Shown here piece after piece: positions 17,901 to 26,488 of a DNA stretch of 26,488 bases. Within the stretch, counting starts at the first letter, position 1, and each line of letters starts with the position of its first letter. The DNA is from a bacterium (GTDB taxonomy: Bacteria > Acidobacteriota > Blastocatellia > HR10), in assembly GCA_041640655.1 (NCBI GenBank), contig JBEPZV010000036.1:1-26488 (forward strand), written 5' to 3'. The notes under the pieces were generated by a model. The model saw only the letters and a program-made list of their open reading frames with translations, ran no database searches and had not been told where the DNA came from. The translations under genes were made by a program, and so were the position numbers.

Positions 17901-17980
17901 TGCGAACGGGCCAGACGTGACGGGCCTGAAGCGAGGACGAGCGACCATGCGGCGAGCACGGTGATGACGACTCGTCTCAT
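14975..17980 (-). CDS. bamA: Outer membrane protein assembly factor BamA (5 POTRA domains plus an enlarged barrel)
   Basis: Signal peptide from the ATG at 17980, five POTRA-like repeats, NNLFGYGE, RFFLGGEDSIRGF loop-6 motif, C-terminal FRFSIGRTF. Confidence 0.95.
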   Translation of the reverse strand: MRRVVITVLAAWSLVLASGPSRLARSQVTVEDVLIRGNRRLTADSIRYYIQTRRGDPYNPAQIERDIQALWAQNLFRNIRVYVQDGPEGGKIVTFEVEENPIIRDLKFVGLKSVQESDVLQRFRERRVGVSKEAMWDPAKGQVAKRVLKDLLAEKGKPEATVDIEVEELSTAAVAVTFRINEGPRVRVVKIEFEGNQVFSDKKLRKAMKEVRQAGFLTRFTSRDIYHPEALKRSLERVRFFVLADNGYIDAQIGEPKVEMIQQGGGIPLPLFRKPKRGLKITIPIHEGKQYRFGKIEVEGNTLYTDEQILRLIGLKTGDVVRSTVIQKGVFETLKDLYGANGYIQMTASPRHELRDDPDDPKRGIADFTIEIEEGRQFVLNRLEFTGNTNTRDKVLRREMLVAEGEVFNQYLWKQSLLRLNQLGYFEEIKEEHATFRTNDREGLLDIELNVKEKGRNQIQFTGGASGIGGSYVGIDYSTNNLFGYGESLTFSFAQGNLQRYFLFSFTEPYVLDRNVSLGFSVFARSYDFFGGGLGILSGGFLSPGLFGLRGESLFKDKTAGFSIFMSTPLATLTKRWWRLGQFSRVGLSYSYSANSIEDPPVNRDADPNNDIPVTFRQPNIRTSMLVPSFTYNTLNSFLDPTSGKSLLISVGVSGGLLGGNVRLIQPTVEFKYFRPAGIKFLGKDTVIGMRVLASHITNYGRPFDSNSLAFVGGVPIFSRFFLGGEDSIRGFGIRSVSPVVPVLQRFTSQNVEAIFADDPDPFKTTRTLPVVPDTAPAPSQRPFIRQSVLEKFVFTDELLTRTLVPVGGDTQLLYNFEYRIPLAGPLSVAAFFDIGSAFNLKGYRDQQIVSTPLPQFISPLFVASRRVIPLGHQLLTELASFEQILLNPNGFLATPEEVRIAQRAQGKLPSEVPDGFTQVKIRALGHTRSEILLSEGVRGLRGLRDYRASLGIEFRFQMPVINIPFRFIWAYNPNAKTTPGPNQIFFEEKSVFRFSIGRTF

Positions 17981-18110
17981 ACGTCTTCCCCCTGGCCGCA
18001 TCCCGCGCCGCGCGCGGGCGTCAGAAGACGAAAAGAACCGGACGCGAGTTCGTTCCCACTGCTCACGCGACTCACGTCCGGCTTCAGAAGACACCGCTCC
18101 TGCTCACGCC

Positions 18111-20489
<2,379 letters not shown>

Positions 20490-20506
20490 CGCCCCCTCGC
20501 TTCCCC

Positions 20507-21238
20507 TCAAGATTCCTCGCGCACCATTCCGTCATGTAAGTGTAGCACGCGATCGCAGCGGCGCGCGATCAGTTCGTTATGGGTCGCGATGATCGAGGTC
20601 AGATGCCGGGTCCGATGCAGCTCCTGAAGGAGGGCGAACACCAGGGCGCCGGTTCGGGCATCCAGATTCCCCGTGGGTTCATCCGCCAGCAGCAGGCGCG
20701 GTCCATGCACGAGCGCGCGCGCCAGGGCGACCCGCTGTTGCTCCCCCCCGGAGAGTTGTGCGGGTTTATGCGCGAGCCGATGCCCCAATCCCACCTGCTC
20801 CAGCATCGCCGCCGCCCTCCGCGCGGCCTCCGCCCGATCCATGCCGCCGATCAGAAGCGGCATCATCACATTCTCAAGCGCCGTGAATTCCGGCAACAGC
20901 CCGTGAAACTGAAAGACGAATCCGATCGTCTGCTGCCGAAACCGAGCTAAGTCTACTTCACCGCCGGAAAAGATGTCAAACTCCTCGAAGAGGACGCGTC
21001 CGGACGTCGGGCGATCCAGACCGCCCAGCAGATGCAGCAGCGTGGACTTCCCCGAGCCGGACGCTCCGACGATGGCCACCATCTCGCCCTCGGCGATGCT
21101 CAGCTCCAAGTCCCGGAGGACCTCCACGGGTTCGGGGCCATCCGTGTAGACCTTGGTGAGCCGCTCGGCGCGCAGCAGGATGCGCGTCTGGGTCGCGCCC
21201 GGCTCGCGCCGGACCGATGACGCACGCGCCTCACTCAT
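20507..21238 (-). CDS. lolD: Lipoprotein-releasing ABC transporter ATP-binding protein
   Basis: [34 protein letters not shown] (LolD motif), [18 protein letters not shown]. Adjacent to the LolC/E permease. Confidence 0.88.
   Translation of the reverse strand: MSEARASSVRREPGATQTRILLRAERLTKVYTDGPEPVEVLRDLELSIAEGEMVAIVGASGSGKSTLLHLLGGLDRPTSGRVLFEEFDIFSGGEVDLARFRQQTIGFVFQFHGLLPEFTALENVMMPLLIGGMDRAEAARRAAAMLEQVGLGHRLAHKPAQLSGGEQQRVALARALVHGPRLLLADEPTGNLDARTGALVFALLQELHRTRHLTSIIATHNELIARRCDRVLHLHDGMVREES
20539..20547 (-). promoter_or_regulatory. Extended -10 element in the lolD 3' end, upstream of clpC
   Basis: TG-C-TACACT about 50 nt upstream of the clpC ATG, coinciding with atypical CTA/TTA codons. 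Confidence 0.45.
20950..20979 (-). promoter_or_regulatory. Internal sigma70-type promoter in lolD
   Basis: TTGACA(20979-20974)-18 nt-TAGACT(20955-20950), coinciding with a patch of AT-ending codons. Confidence 0.55.
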
Positions 21239-22502
21239 AGCGCAGGCCCTCGACGGGATTGAGCCGCGCCGCCTGCCGCGCGGGATAGATCGTGGCCAGG
21301 AAGCTGATCAGCAGGGCGATCCCGGCCACCAGCGCCACATCCACCAAGCGCGGGCGAAACGGCGCATACGTGATCGAGAAGACCGTCTCCGGCAGCCGAA
21401 TCCACTGATACTGATCCGCCAACCGCGAGAGCGTCACGCCCAGACCGAGCCCGAGCACCGTGCCGATGGCGCCGACCAGGACCCCCTGCCACATGAAGAT
21501 GCGCATGATCGAGGAAGCGCGCGCGCCCATCGCTCGAAGGATCGAGATGTCCCGCGTCTTCTCGACGACCATCATCACGAGCGACGTGATGATGTTCAGC
21601 GCGGCGATGAAGATCATCAGCGTGAGGACGACGACGACGACGACCCGTTGAATCTGCAGGGCGGCGAAGACCGGCTGGTTCAGCTCCTGCCAATCCGTCG
21701 TCGTATAGTCCGGTCCGGCGAGTTCTCGAATGCGGCGCGCGATCTCCTTCACCGCATAGATGTCCTCGACCGTCATCTGCAAGACGGTGACTGTTTGTTC
21801 GGTCCCCAAGAGCCGCCCCAGGGCCTCCAGGGAGATGTATCCCCAGGAGGAATCGTATTCGTAGAGCCCGGACGCGAAGATGCCGACGACCCGAAGCCGC
21901 CCCAGGCGCGGCACCACGCCCAGAGGCGTCAGGCGCCCGTGGGGGGGGATGACCGTCAGGACGTCGCCGACCTTCACCCCCAGCTCCTCCGCCACGACGC
22001 GCCCCAGCAGGATGCCGGGTACCTCTGCGGACTCCTCAGCCAACCGCTCGACCGAGCCGCGACCGGCGATGCGCCACACCTCATTGGCTTCGCGCGGCGC
22101 GCGCACATCCACGCCCTTCAGGATGAGCCCCACCCCATGTCCGGCATAGGAGACGAAGACCTGCTCATAATGCGTCGGCGCCACGGCGCGCACGCCCGGC
22201 ACCCGCGCGATCCGCTCCCGAAGAGCCCGCTCATCGGGGATCGGACGTCCATCCCTGCGCAGAAGATTCACATGCGCCGTGCCTGAGAGCAGCTTCCCCT
22301 GAATATCCTGGTTGAATCCATTCACCAGCGCCAGCGCGATCACCAGCACCGCCACACCGGCCGCGATCCCCAGGATCGCGATCAGACTGATGACGGCGAT
22401 CACCGCTTGCTTCCGCTTCGCCGTGAGATACCGCAGGGCGATGAGCAGCTCGAATGAACGCGCGCGGAAGACCTCTCGCACCGTTTCGATCACCGATCTC
22501 AT
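21231..22502 (-). CDS. Lipoprotein-releasing ABC transporter permease, LolC/E family
   Basis: [70 protein letters not shown]. Start at the ATG at 22502 (RBS GGAGG). Confidence 0.92.
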   Translation of the reverse strand: MRSVIETVREVFRARSFELLIALRYLTAKRKQAVIAVISLIAILGIAAGVAVLVIALALVNGFNQDIQGKLLSGTAHVNLLRRDGRPIPDERALRERIARVPGVRAVAPTHYEQVFVSYAGHGVGLILKGVDVRAPREANEVWRIAGRGSVERLAEESAEVPGILLGRVVAEELGVKVGDVLTVIPPHGRLTPLGVVPRLGRLRVVGIFASGLYEYDSSWGYISLEALGRLLGTEQTVTVLQMTVEDIYAVKEIARRIRELAGPDYTTTDWQELNQPVFAALQIQRVVVVVVLTLMIFIAALNIITSLVMMVVEKTRDISILRAMGARASSIMRIFMWQGVLVGAIGTVLGLGLGVTLSRLADQYQWIRLPETVFSITYAPFRPRLVDVALVAGIALLISFLATIYPARQAARLNPVEGLRYE

Positions 22503-22556
22503 GCGCGTCCCTCCGGAGGATATTCCCGACCGCACGCGCGGGGCCTCGGCGCACGC

Positions 22557-23846
22557 TCAGATGACCGTCCCATCCGGGATGACAGCATGACGAGGGATGA
22601 CGACGATCCCATCTCGAATATACCAGTTCTCGCCATCGGCATGGTGTCGTCCCTCAGCGTTCAGGATCCGAACGTTCGCCCCGATGCGCGCGTTCTTATC
22701 AATGATCGCCCCCACGATCTCCGTGTTCTCCCCGATGCCCACAGGAGGAAGACCACGAGCGCGATCGGCTTCGATCTCTTCGAGCGTTTGATAGAAATCG
22801 GCCCCCATGACGATCGTGCGCACAAGCCGCGCCCCGCGCCCGATGCGCGACCGAATGCCGATGACACAGTGCACCAATTCCGCCCCGTCGAGGATGGAAC
22901 CGTCGGCGATGAGACAGTCGTGGATGCGGCATTCCCGAATCTTGGCCGGGGGGAGATAACGCGGATGCGTGTAGATCGGCGCATCCGGATCGTAGAGGTT
23001 GAATTTCGGCAGGGGGAGCGTCAGGCCAATATTCGCCTCATAAAACGCGCGGATCGTCCCGATGTCCTCCCAATAGCCGTCGAAGAGATAGGCGTGGACG
23101 CGATAGCGTCGGATCGCTTCGGGGATGATCTCGCGCCCGAAATCCACATGCTGCGGATGCGCATCGAGCAACGCTCTGAGTACCGACTTGCGGAAGACAT
23201 AGATGCCCATCGAGGCCAGATACGGCCGCCGCGCCGCCTCCTCGGAAGAGAGCCCGACTCGCGTCGTATCCACGCGCATCTGCTGCAGCGCCGCTCCCGT
23301 GGGCTTCTCGCGGAATTCGACGACGCGCCCCTCGGCATCGATCTTCAAAAGGCCGAAGTCGGAGGCCCGCTCCTCCTCGACGGCGACGGCCGAGAGCGTG
23401 ACATCCGCCCCCCGGCGCTCATGATGCGCGATGAAATCACGATAGTCCATCCGGTAGAGGTGATCACCGGCCAGGATCAGATACGTCTCCGCACGCCACT
23501 GCTCGAAATGGCGCCACCCGCGACGCACGGCATCCGCCGTCCCCTGAAACCAGTGGCGATTCTCCAAGGTCTGCTCGGCCGCCAGGATGTCCACGAAGCC
23601 TTCGGTGAACGGCCCGAACTGATAGGTGCGCGAGATGTGGCGATTGAGCGAAGCGGAGTTGAACTGCGTGAGGACGTAGATCCGAGTGATCCCCGAGTTG
23701 ATGCAGTTGCTCACGGCGATGTCCACCAGGCGATATTTCCCGGCCAGCGGGACAGCCGGCTTGGCCCGATCCTTCGTGAGGGGGAAAAGCCGCGTTCCCT
23801 GTCCCCCGCCGAGAATGATCGCCAGGACATCGTCTCGACGCGCCAT
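22557..23846 (-). CDS. glgC: Glucose-1-phosphate adenylyltransferase (ADP-glucose pyrophosphorylase)
   Basis: [77 protein letters not shown], and a left-handed beta-helix tail. Confidence 0.97.
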   Translation of the reverse strand: MARRDDVLAIILGGGQGTRLFPLTKDRAKPAVPLAGKYRLVDIAVSNCINSGITRIYVLTQFNSASLNRHISRTYQFGPFTEGFVDILAAEQTLENRHWFQGTADAVRRGWRHFEQWRAETYLILAGDHLYRMDYRDFIAHHERRGADVTLSAVAVEEERASDFGLLKIDAEGRVVEFREKPTGAALQQMRVDTTRVGLSSEEAARRPYLASMGIYVFRKSVLRALLDAHPQHVDFGREIIPEAIRRYRVHAYLFDGYWEDIGTIRAFYEANIGLTLPLPKFNLYDPDAPIYTHPRYLPPAKIRECRIHDCLIADGSILDGAELVHCVIGIRSRIGRGARLVRTIVMGADFYQTLEEIEADRARGLPPVGIGENTEIVGAIIDKNARIGANVRILNAEGRHHADGENWYIRDGIVVIPRHAVIPDGTVI

Positions 23847-23888
23847 CGGTCCTTCCCCCCGCGCGAGAGCGCTCAACGCCGGACGTTT

Positions 23889-23917
23889 AGTGTATCGCAG
23901 TCGCGCGCGAATTCCAA
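23889..23917 (-). promoter_or_regulatory. Sigma70-type promoter for glgC
   Basis: TTGGAA(23917-23912)-17 nt-TACACT(23894-23889). Confidence 0.6.
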
Positions 23918-23949
23918 GCAGCGAGCCCGCGCGCCCTCCCCTCATCTCC

Positions 23950-23979
23950 TTGACCGAGCGCGCGCGCATCGGTTACCTT
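23950..23979 (+). promoter_or_regulatory. Sigma70-type promoter for the ferritin-like operon
   Basis: TTGACC(23950-23955)-18 nt-TACCTT(23974-23979), with RBS AAGGAG downstream. Confidence 0.55.
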
Positions 23980-24016
23980 ACGCAGGCACTCACATCATCG
24001 AGAAAGGAGATCACGC

Positions 24017-24433
24017 ATGGACCGAGAGAAGATGCTGGAAGCCCTCAACAAAGCGCTCGCTCAGGAACACGCGTGCTTCATCCGCTATAAGACGCATGCC
24101 GCCATCATCACCGGCCCCTACGCCAAGCCGATCCGCGAGCAGTTGGACGAGATCGCTGAGGACGAAGAGAGCCATGCGCGCCATCTGCGCGATCGGATCA
24201 CCGGGCTCGGAGGGACGCCGACGATGGACGTCACGGCGGAGGACCTGATCCCGGCGACGACGCTCGAGGAGATCCTCCGCGTCAACATTGAGGAGGAGAA
24301 GAAAGCCATCGCGCTCTATCAAGAGATCCTCGAGCGGATCCCGCGCGAGCAGCGCTTGCTCTATGAGACGATCGAGCATATCCTCCAGGACGAGCAGGAA
24401 CATCTGGAGGAGCTCGAGCGGCTGCGGCCATAG
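24017..24433 (+). CDS. Ferritin-like diiron four-helix-bundle protein (bacterioferritin-related)
   Basis: E17, ExxH (E50-H53), RI..LGG.P loop, EKKAIALY helix, second ExxH (EQEH). Confidence 0.88.
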   Translation: MDREKMLEALNKALAQEHACFIRYKTHAAIITGPYAKPIREQLDEIAEDEESHARHLRDRITGLGGTPTMDVTAEDLIPATTLEEILRVNIEEEKKAIALYQEILERIPREQRLLYETIEHILQDEQEHLEELERLRP

Positions 24434-24495
24434 GGGTCTCGGGTGCGCGGGAGGCCACGCTCACAGCCGCCGCCTGAACCACGAGGTAGGAGCAG

Positions 24496-25866
24496 ATGAC
24501 GATGTCGGGAAACGCTACGCGTCTGGTCGTCATCGGCGGGGTCGCCGGCGGCATGTCGGCGGCCGCGCGCGCCAAGCGCGTCAATCCCGCTCTGGAGGTG
24601 ATCGTTCTCGAGCGCGATCCGCACGTCTCCTATGGGGCGTGTGGGATCCCCTATTTTCTGGCCGGCCTGGTGCCTGATCCCGAGCGACTGATCGTCTACA
24701 CGCCCGAATACTTCCGCCGGGAGCGCGGCATTGACGTGCGCACGAACACGGAGGCGATAGAGATCCGAACGGCCGAGCGCATCGTCCTGGCGCGCGATCG
24801 CATAAGCGGGGCGACCGAGCCGATCACCTACGATCGGCTCATCATCGCTACCGGTGCCGTTCCCATTCGCCCGTCCCTCCCTGGCGTTGATTTCAAGAAC
24901 ATCTTCGTCCTGCGCAGCCTGAACGATGGGTTGCAGCTTCATCGAGCACTCACCGAAGATCGTCCGCAGCGCGCCGTCATCCTCGGTGCCGGATACATCG
25001 GGCTCGAAATGGCCGAAGCGCTTGTGGCGCGCCGCCTCCAGGTGACGGTCATCGAAGCCCTCGATCACGTCCTCGGGCAAACGGAGCCGGAGATCAGTCG
25101 AATCGTCGAGCAGGAGCTGGCGGCGCACGGCGTGCGCCTGCTCCTGAAGACCCGAGCCGCCGGCTTTGAGGGCGACGCCCACAGAACGGTCCGCGAGGTC
25201 ATCACCGATTCCGGCGAACGTGTGACTGCGGATCTGGTTCTGATCGGCATCGGTATTCGTCCCAACGTGCGCCTGGCTGAAGCGGCGGGGATCGCCCTGG
25301 GACCCACTGGGGCTATCGCCGTGGACGAGCGGCAAGAGACGAGCGTGCCGGGGGTCTTCGCCGCCGGAGATTGCTGCGAGGTGAAACATCTCGTCACGGG
25401 ACGTCCGGCTTGGATCCCCTTGGGGCCAGCGGCGAACAAGCAGGGGCGGGTTGCAGGCGATAATGCCGCCGGGCGACACGCCACCTTCGCGGGCGTCGTC
25501 GGAACGGCTGTGGTCAAAGTCTTTGACCTCGAAGTCGCCCGCACGGGCCTCTCCTTGCAGGAAGCGCTCGCCGCGGGCTTCAAGGCGAAGCGGGTCGTGG
25601 TCACCGCGGCCTCGCGCGCCGGATACTATCCGGGCGCGCAGCCGATCACCGTCGTCCTCATCTTCGACGAAGCGACGCATCGGTTGCTCGGCGCTCAGAT
25701 GGCGGGACGCGAGGGCGTGGCGAAACGCATAGATGTATTCGCAACGGCCCTGCACGCGCGGATGACGCTGCCGGAGATGAGCCAGCTGGATCTCAGCTAC
25801 GCGCCGCCTTTCGCGCCCGTCTGGGATCCCATTCTGGTCGCCATCAACGCGGCGTTGAGATCGTGA
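24496..25866 (+). CDS. FAD-dependent CoA-disulfide reductase / NADH oxidase family flavoprotein
   Basis: IGGVAGGMSAA FAD motif, single-Cys SYGACGIPY, GAGYIGLE NAD(P)H motif, FAAGDC, ANKQGR, C-terminal YAPPFAPVWDP. Confidence 0.9.
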   Translation: MTMSGNATRLVVIGGVAGGMSAAARAKRVNPALEVIVLERDPHVSYGACGIPYFLAGLVPDPERLIVYTPEYFRRERGIDVRTNTEAIEIRTAERIVLARDRISGATEPITYDRLIIATGAVPIRPSLPGVDFKNIFVLRSLNDGLQLHRALTEDRPQRAVILGAGYIGLEMAEALVARRLQVTVIEALDHVLGQTEPEISRIVEQELAAHGVRLLLKTRAAGFEGDAHRTVREVITDSGERVTADLVLIGIGIRPNVRLAEAAGIALGPTGAIAVDERQETSVPGVFAAGDCCEVKHLVTGRPAWIPLGPAANKQGRVAGDNAAGRHATFAGVVGTAVVKVFDLEVARTGLSLQEALAAGFKAKRVVVTAASRAGYYPGAQPITVVLIFDEATHRLLGAQMAGREGVAKRIDVFATALHARMTLPEMSQLDLSYAPPFAPVWDPILVAINAALRS

Positions 25867-25903
25867 ACCGATCAGGCGCTCGAGAACCGGAGGCCCACTA
25901 CCC

Positions 25904-26488
25904 ATGAAGCGCGCGCGTGTGAACGACCGCGTCGTCCTCATCACAGGCGCCTCCTCAGGGATCGGCGAGGCGACGGCCCGACGCCTGGCGCGCCAGGGGG
26001 CTATCGTGGTCCTCGCCGCACGGCGCCGAGAGCGGCTGGAGCGCATCGCCGAGGAGATCGCGGCTTCCGGCGGGCGCGCGCTCGCCGTCCCAACGGACAT
26101 CACGGTGGAGAGGGACCGATGCCACCTCCTGGAGCGCACGCTGCAGGCGTATGGGCGGCTGGATGCCCTCGTCAACAACGCGGGCTACGGACAGCGCGGC
26201 CCGATCGAATGCACCCCCATCGAAGCCATCCGGCGGAATTTTGAGACGAATCTCTTCGCCCTCATCGCCCTCACGCAGCGAGTGATCCCGATCCTGCGCG
26301 CGCAGGGCGGCGGACGCATCGTCAACGTCAGCTCGGTCGCCGGGCGCATCGCCCGCCCCTTCTCCGCCGTGTACGATGCGACCAAGCACGCCGTGGAAGC
26401 CATCTCCGACGGGCTGCGAGGCGAACTGGCGCCCTTCGGCATCCACGTCATTGTGGTCCAACCGGGATTCATCCACACGGAATTCCTG
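25904..26488 (+). CDS. Short-chain dehydrogenase/reductase (SDR), cut off by the window end
   Basis: Hand translation: MKRARVNDRVVLITGASSGIG..., NNAG, VSS, catalytic YDATK (YxxxK), PG. RBS GGAGG. Not in the ORF track. Confidence 0.93.
   Translation, partial: MKRARVNDRVVLITGASSGIGEATARRLARQGAIVVLAARRRERLERIAEEIAASGGRALAVPTDITVERDRCHLLERTLQAYGRLDALVNNAGYGQRGPIECTPIEAIRRNFETNLFALIALTQRVIPILRAQGGGRIVNVSSVAGRIARPFSAVYDATKHAVEAISDGLRGELAPFGIHVIVVQPGFIHTEFL

Noticed and set aside
21624..21645. (ACG)n trinucleotide run in lolC/E
   Set aside because: It encodes a poly-Val TM segment using the preferred GTC codon and is in frame, so it is unlikely to be a switch.

Overview
GC-rich bacterial chromosomal window. 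Gene order (lolC/E-lolD-clpC-bamA) and protein style suggest Acidobacteriota, possibly Blastocatellia (inference). From left to right it contains: (1) the start of a low-GC (~52% over 1-300) minus-strand ORF missing from the ORF track, whose sigma70 promoter has a (GACA)8 microsatellite as its -35/-10 spacer, a candidate phase-variation switch; (2) an M48 metalloprotease; (3) a membrane Ser/Thr kinase with PEGA-like and TPR domains; (4) a coenzyme F420 operon cofD-cofC-cofE-npdG with no Fo synthase; (5) a divergent TetR-MFP-RND efflux operon with a palindromic operator; (6) an uncharacterised HExxH (M91/NleD-like) protein behind a complete sigma54 promoter/enhancer layout; (7) a UPF0104 flippase-like protein and an ICMT-family protein; (8) a minus-strand run glgC-lolC/E-lolD-clpC-bamA, with promoter-like sites inside lolD; (9) a ferritin-like/CoA-disulfide-reductase-like/SDR operon cut off by the window end. 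No rRNA, tRNA, CRISPR array or mobile element was recognised. All calls come from reading motifs by eye; no database searches were run.
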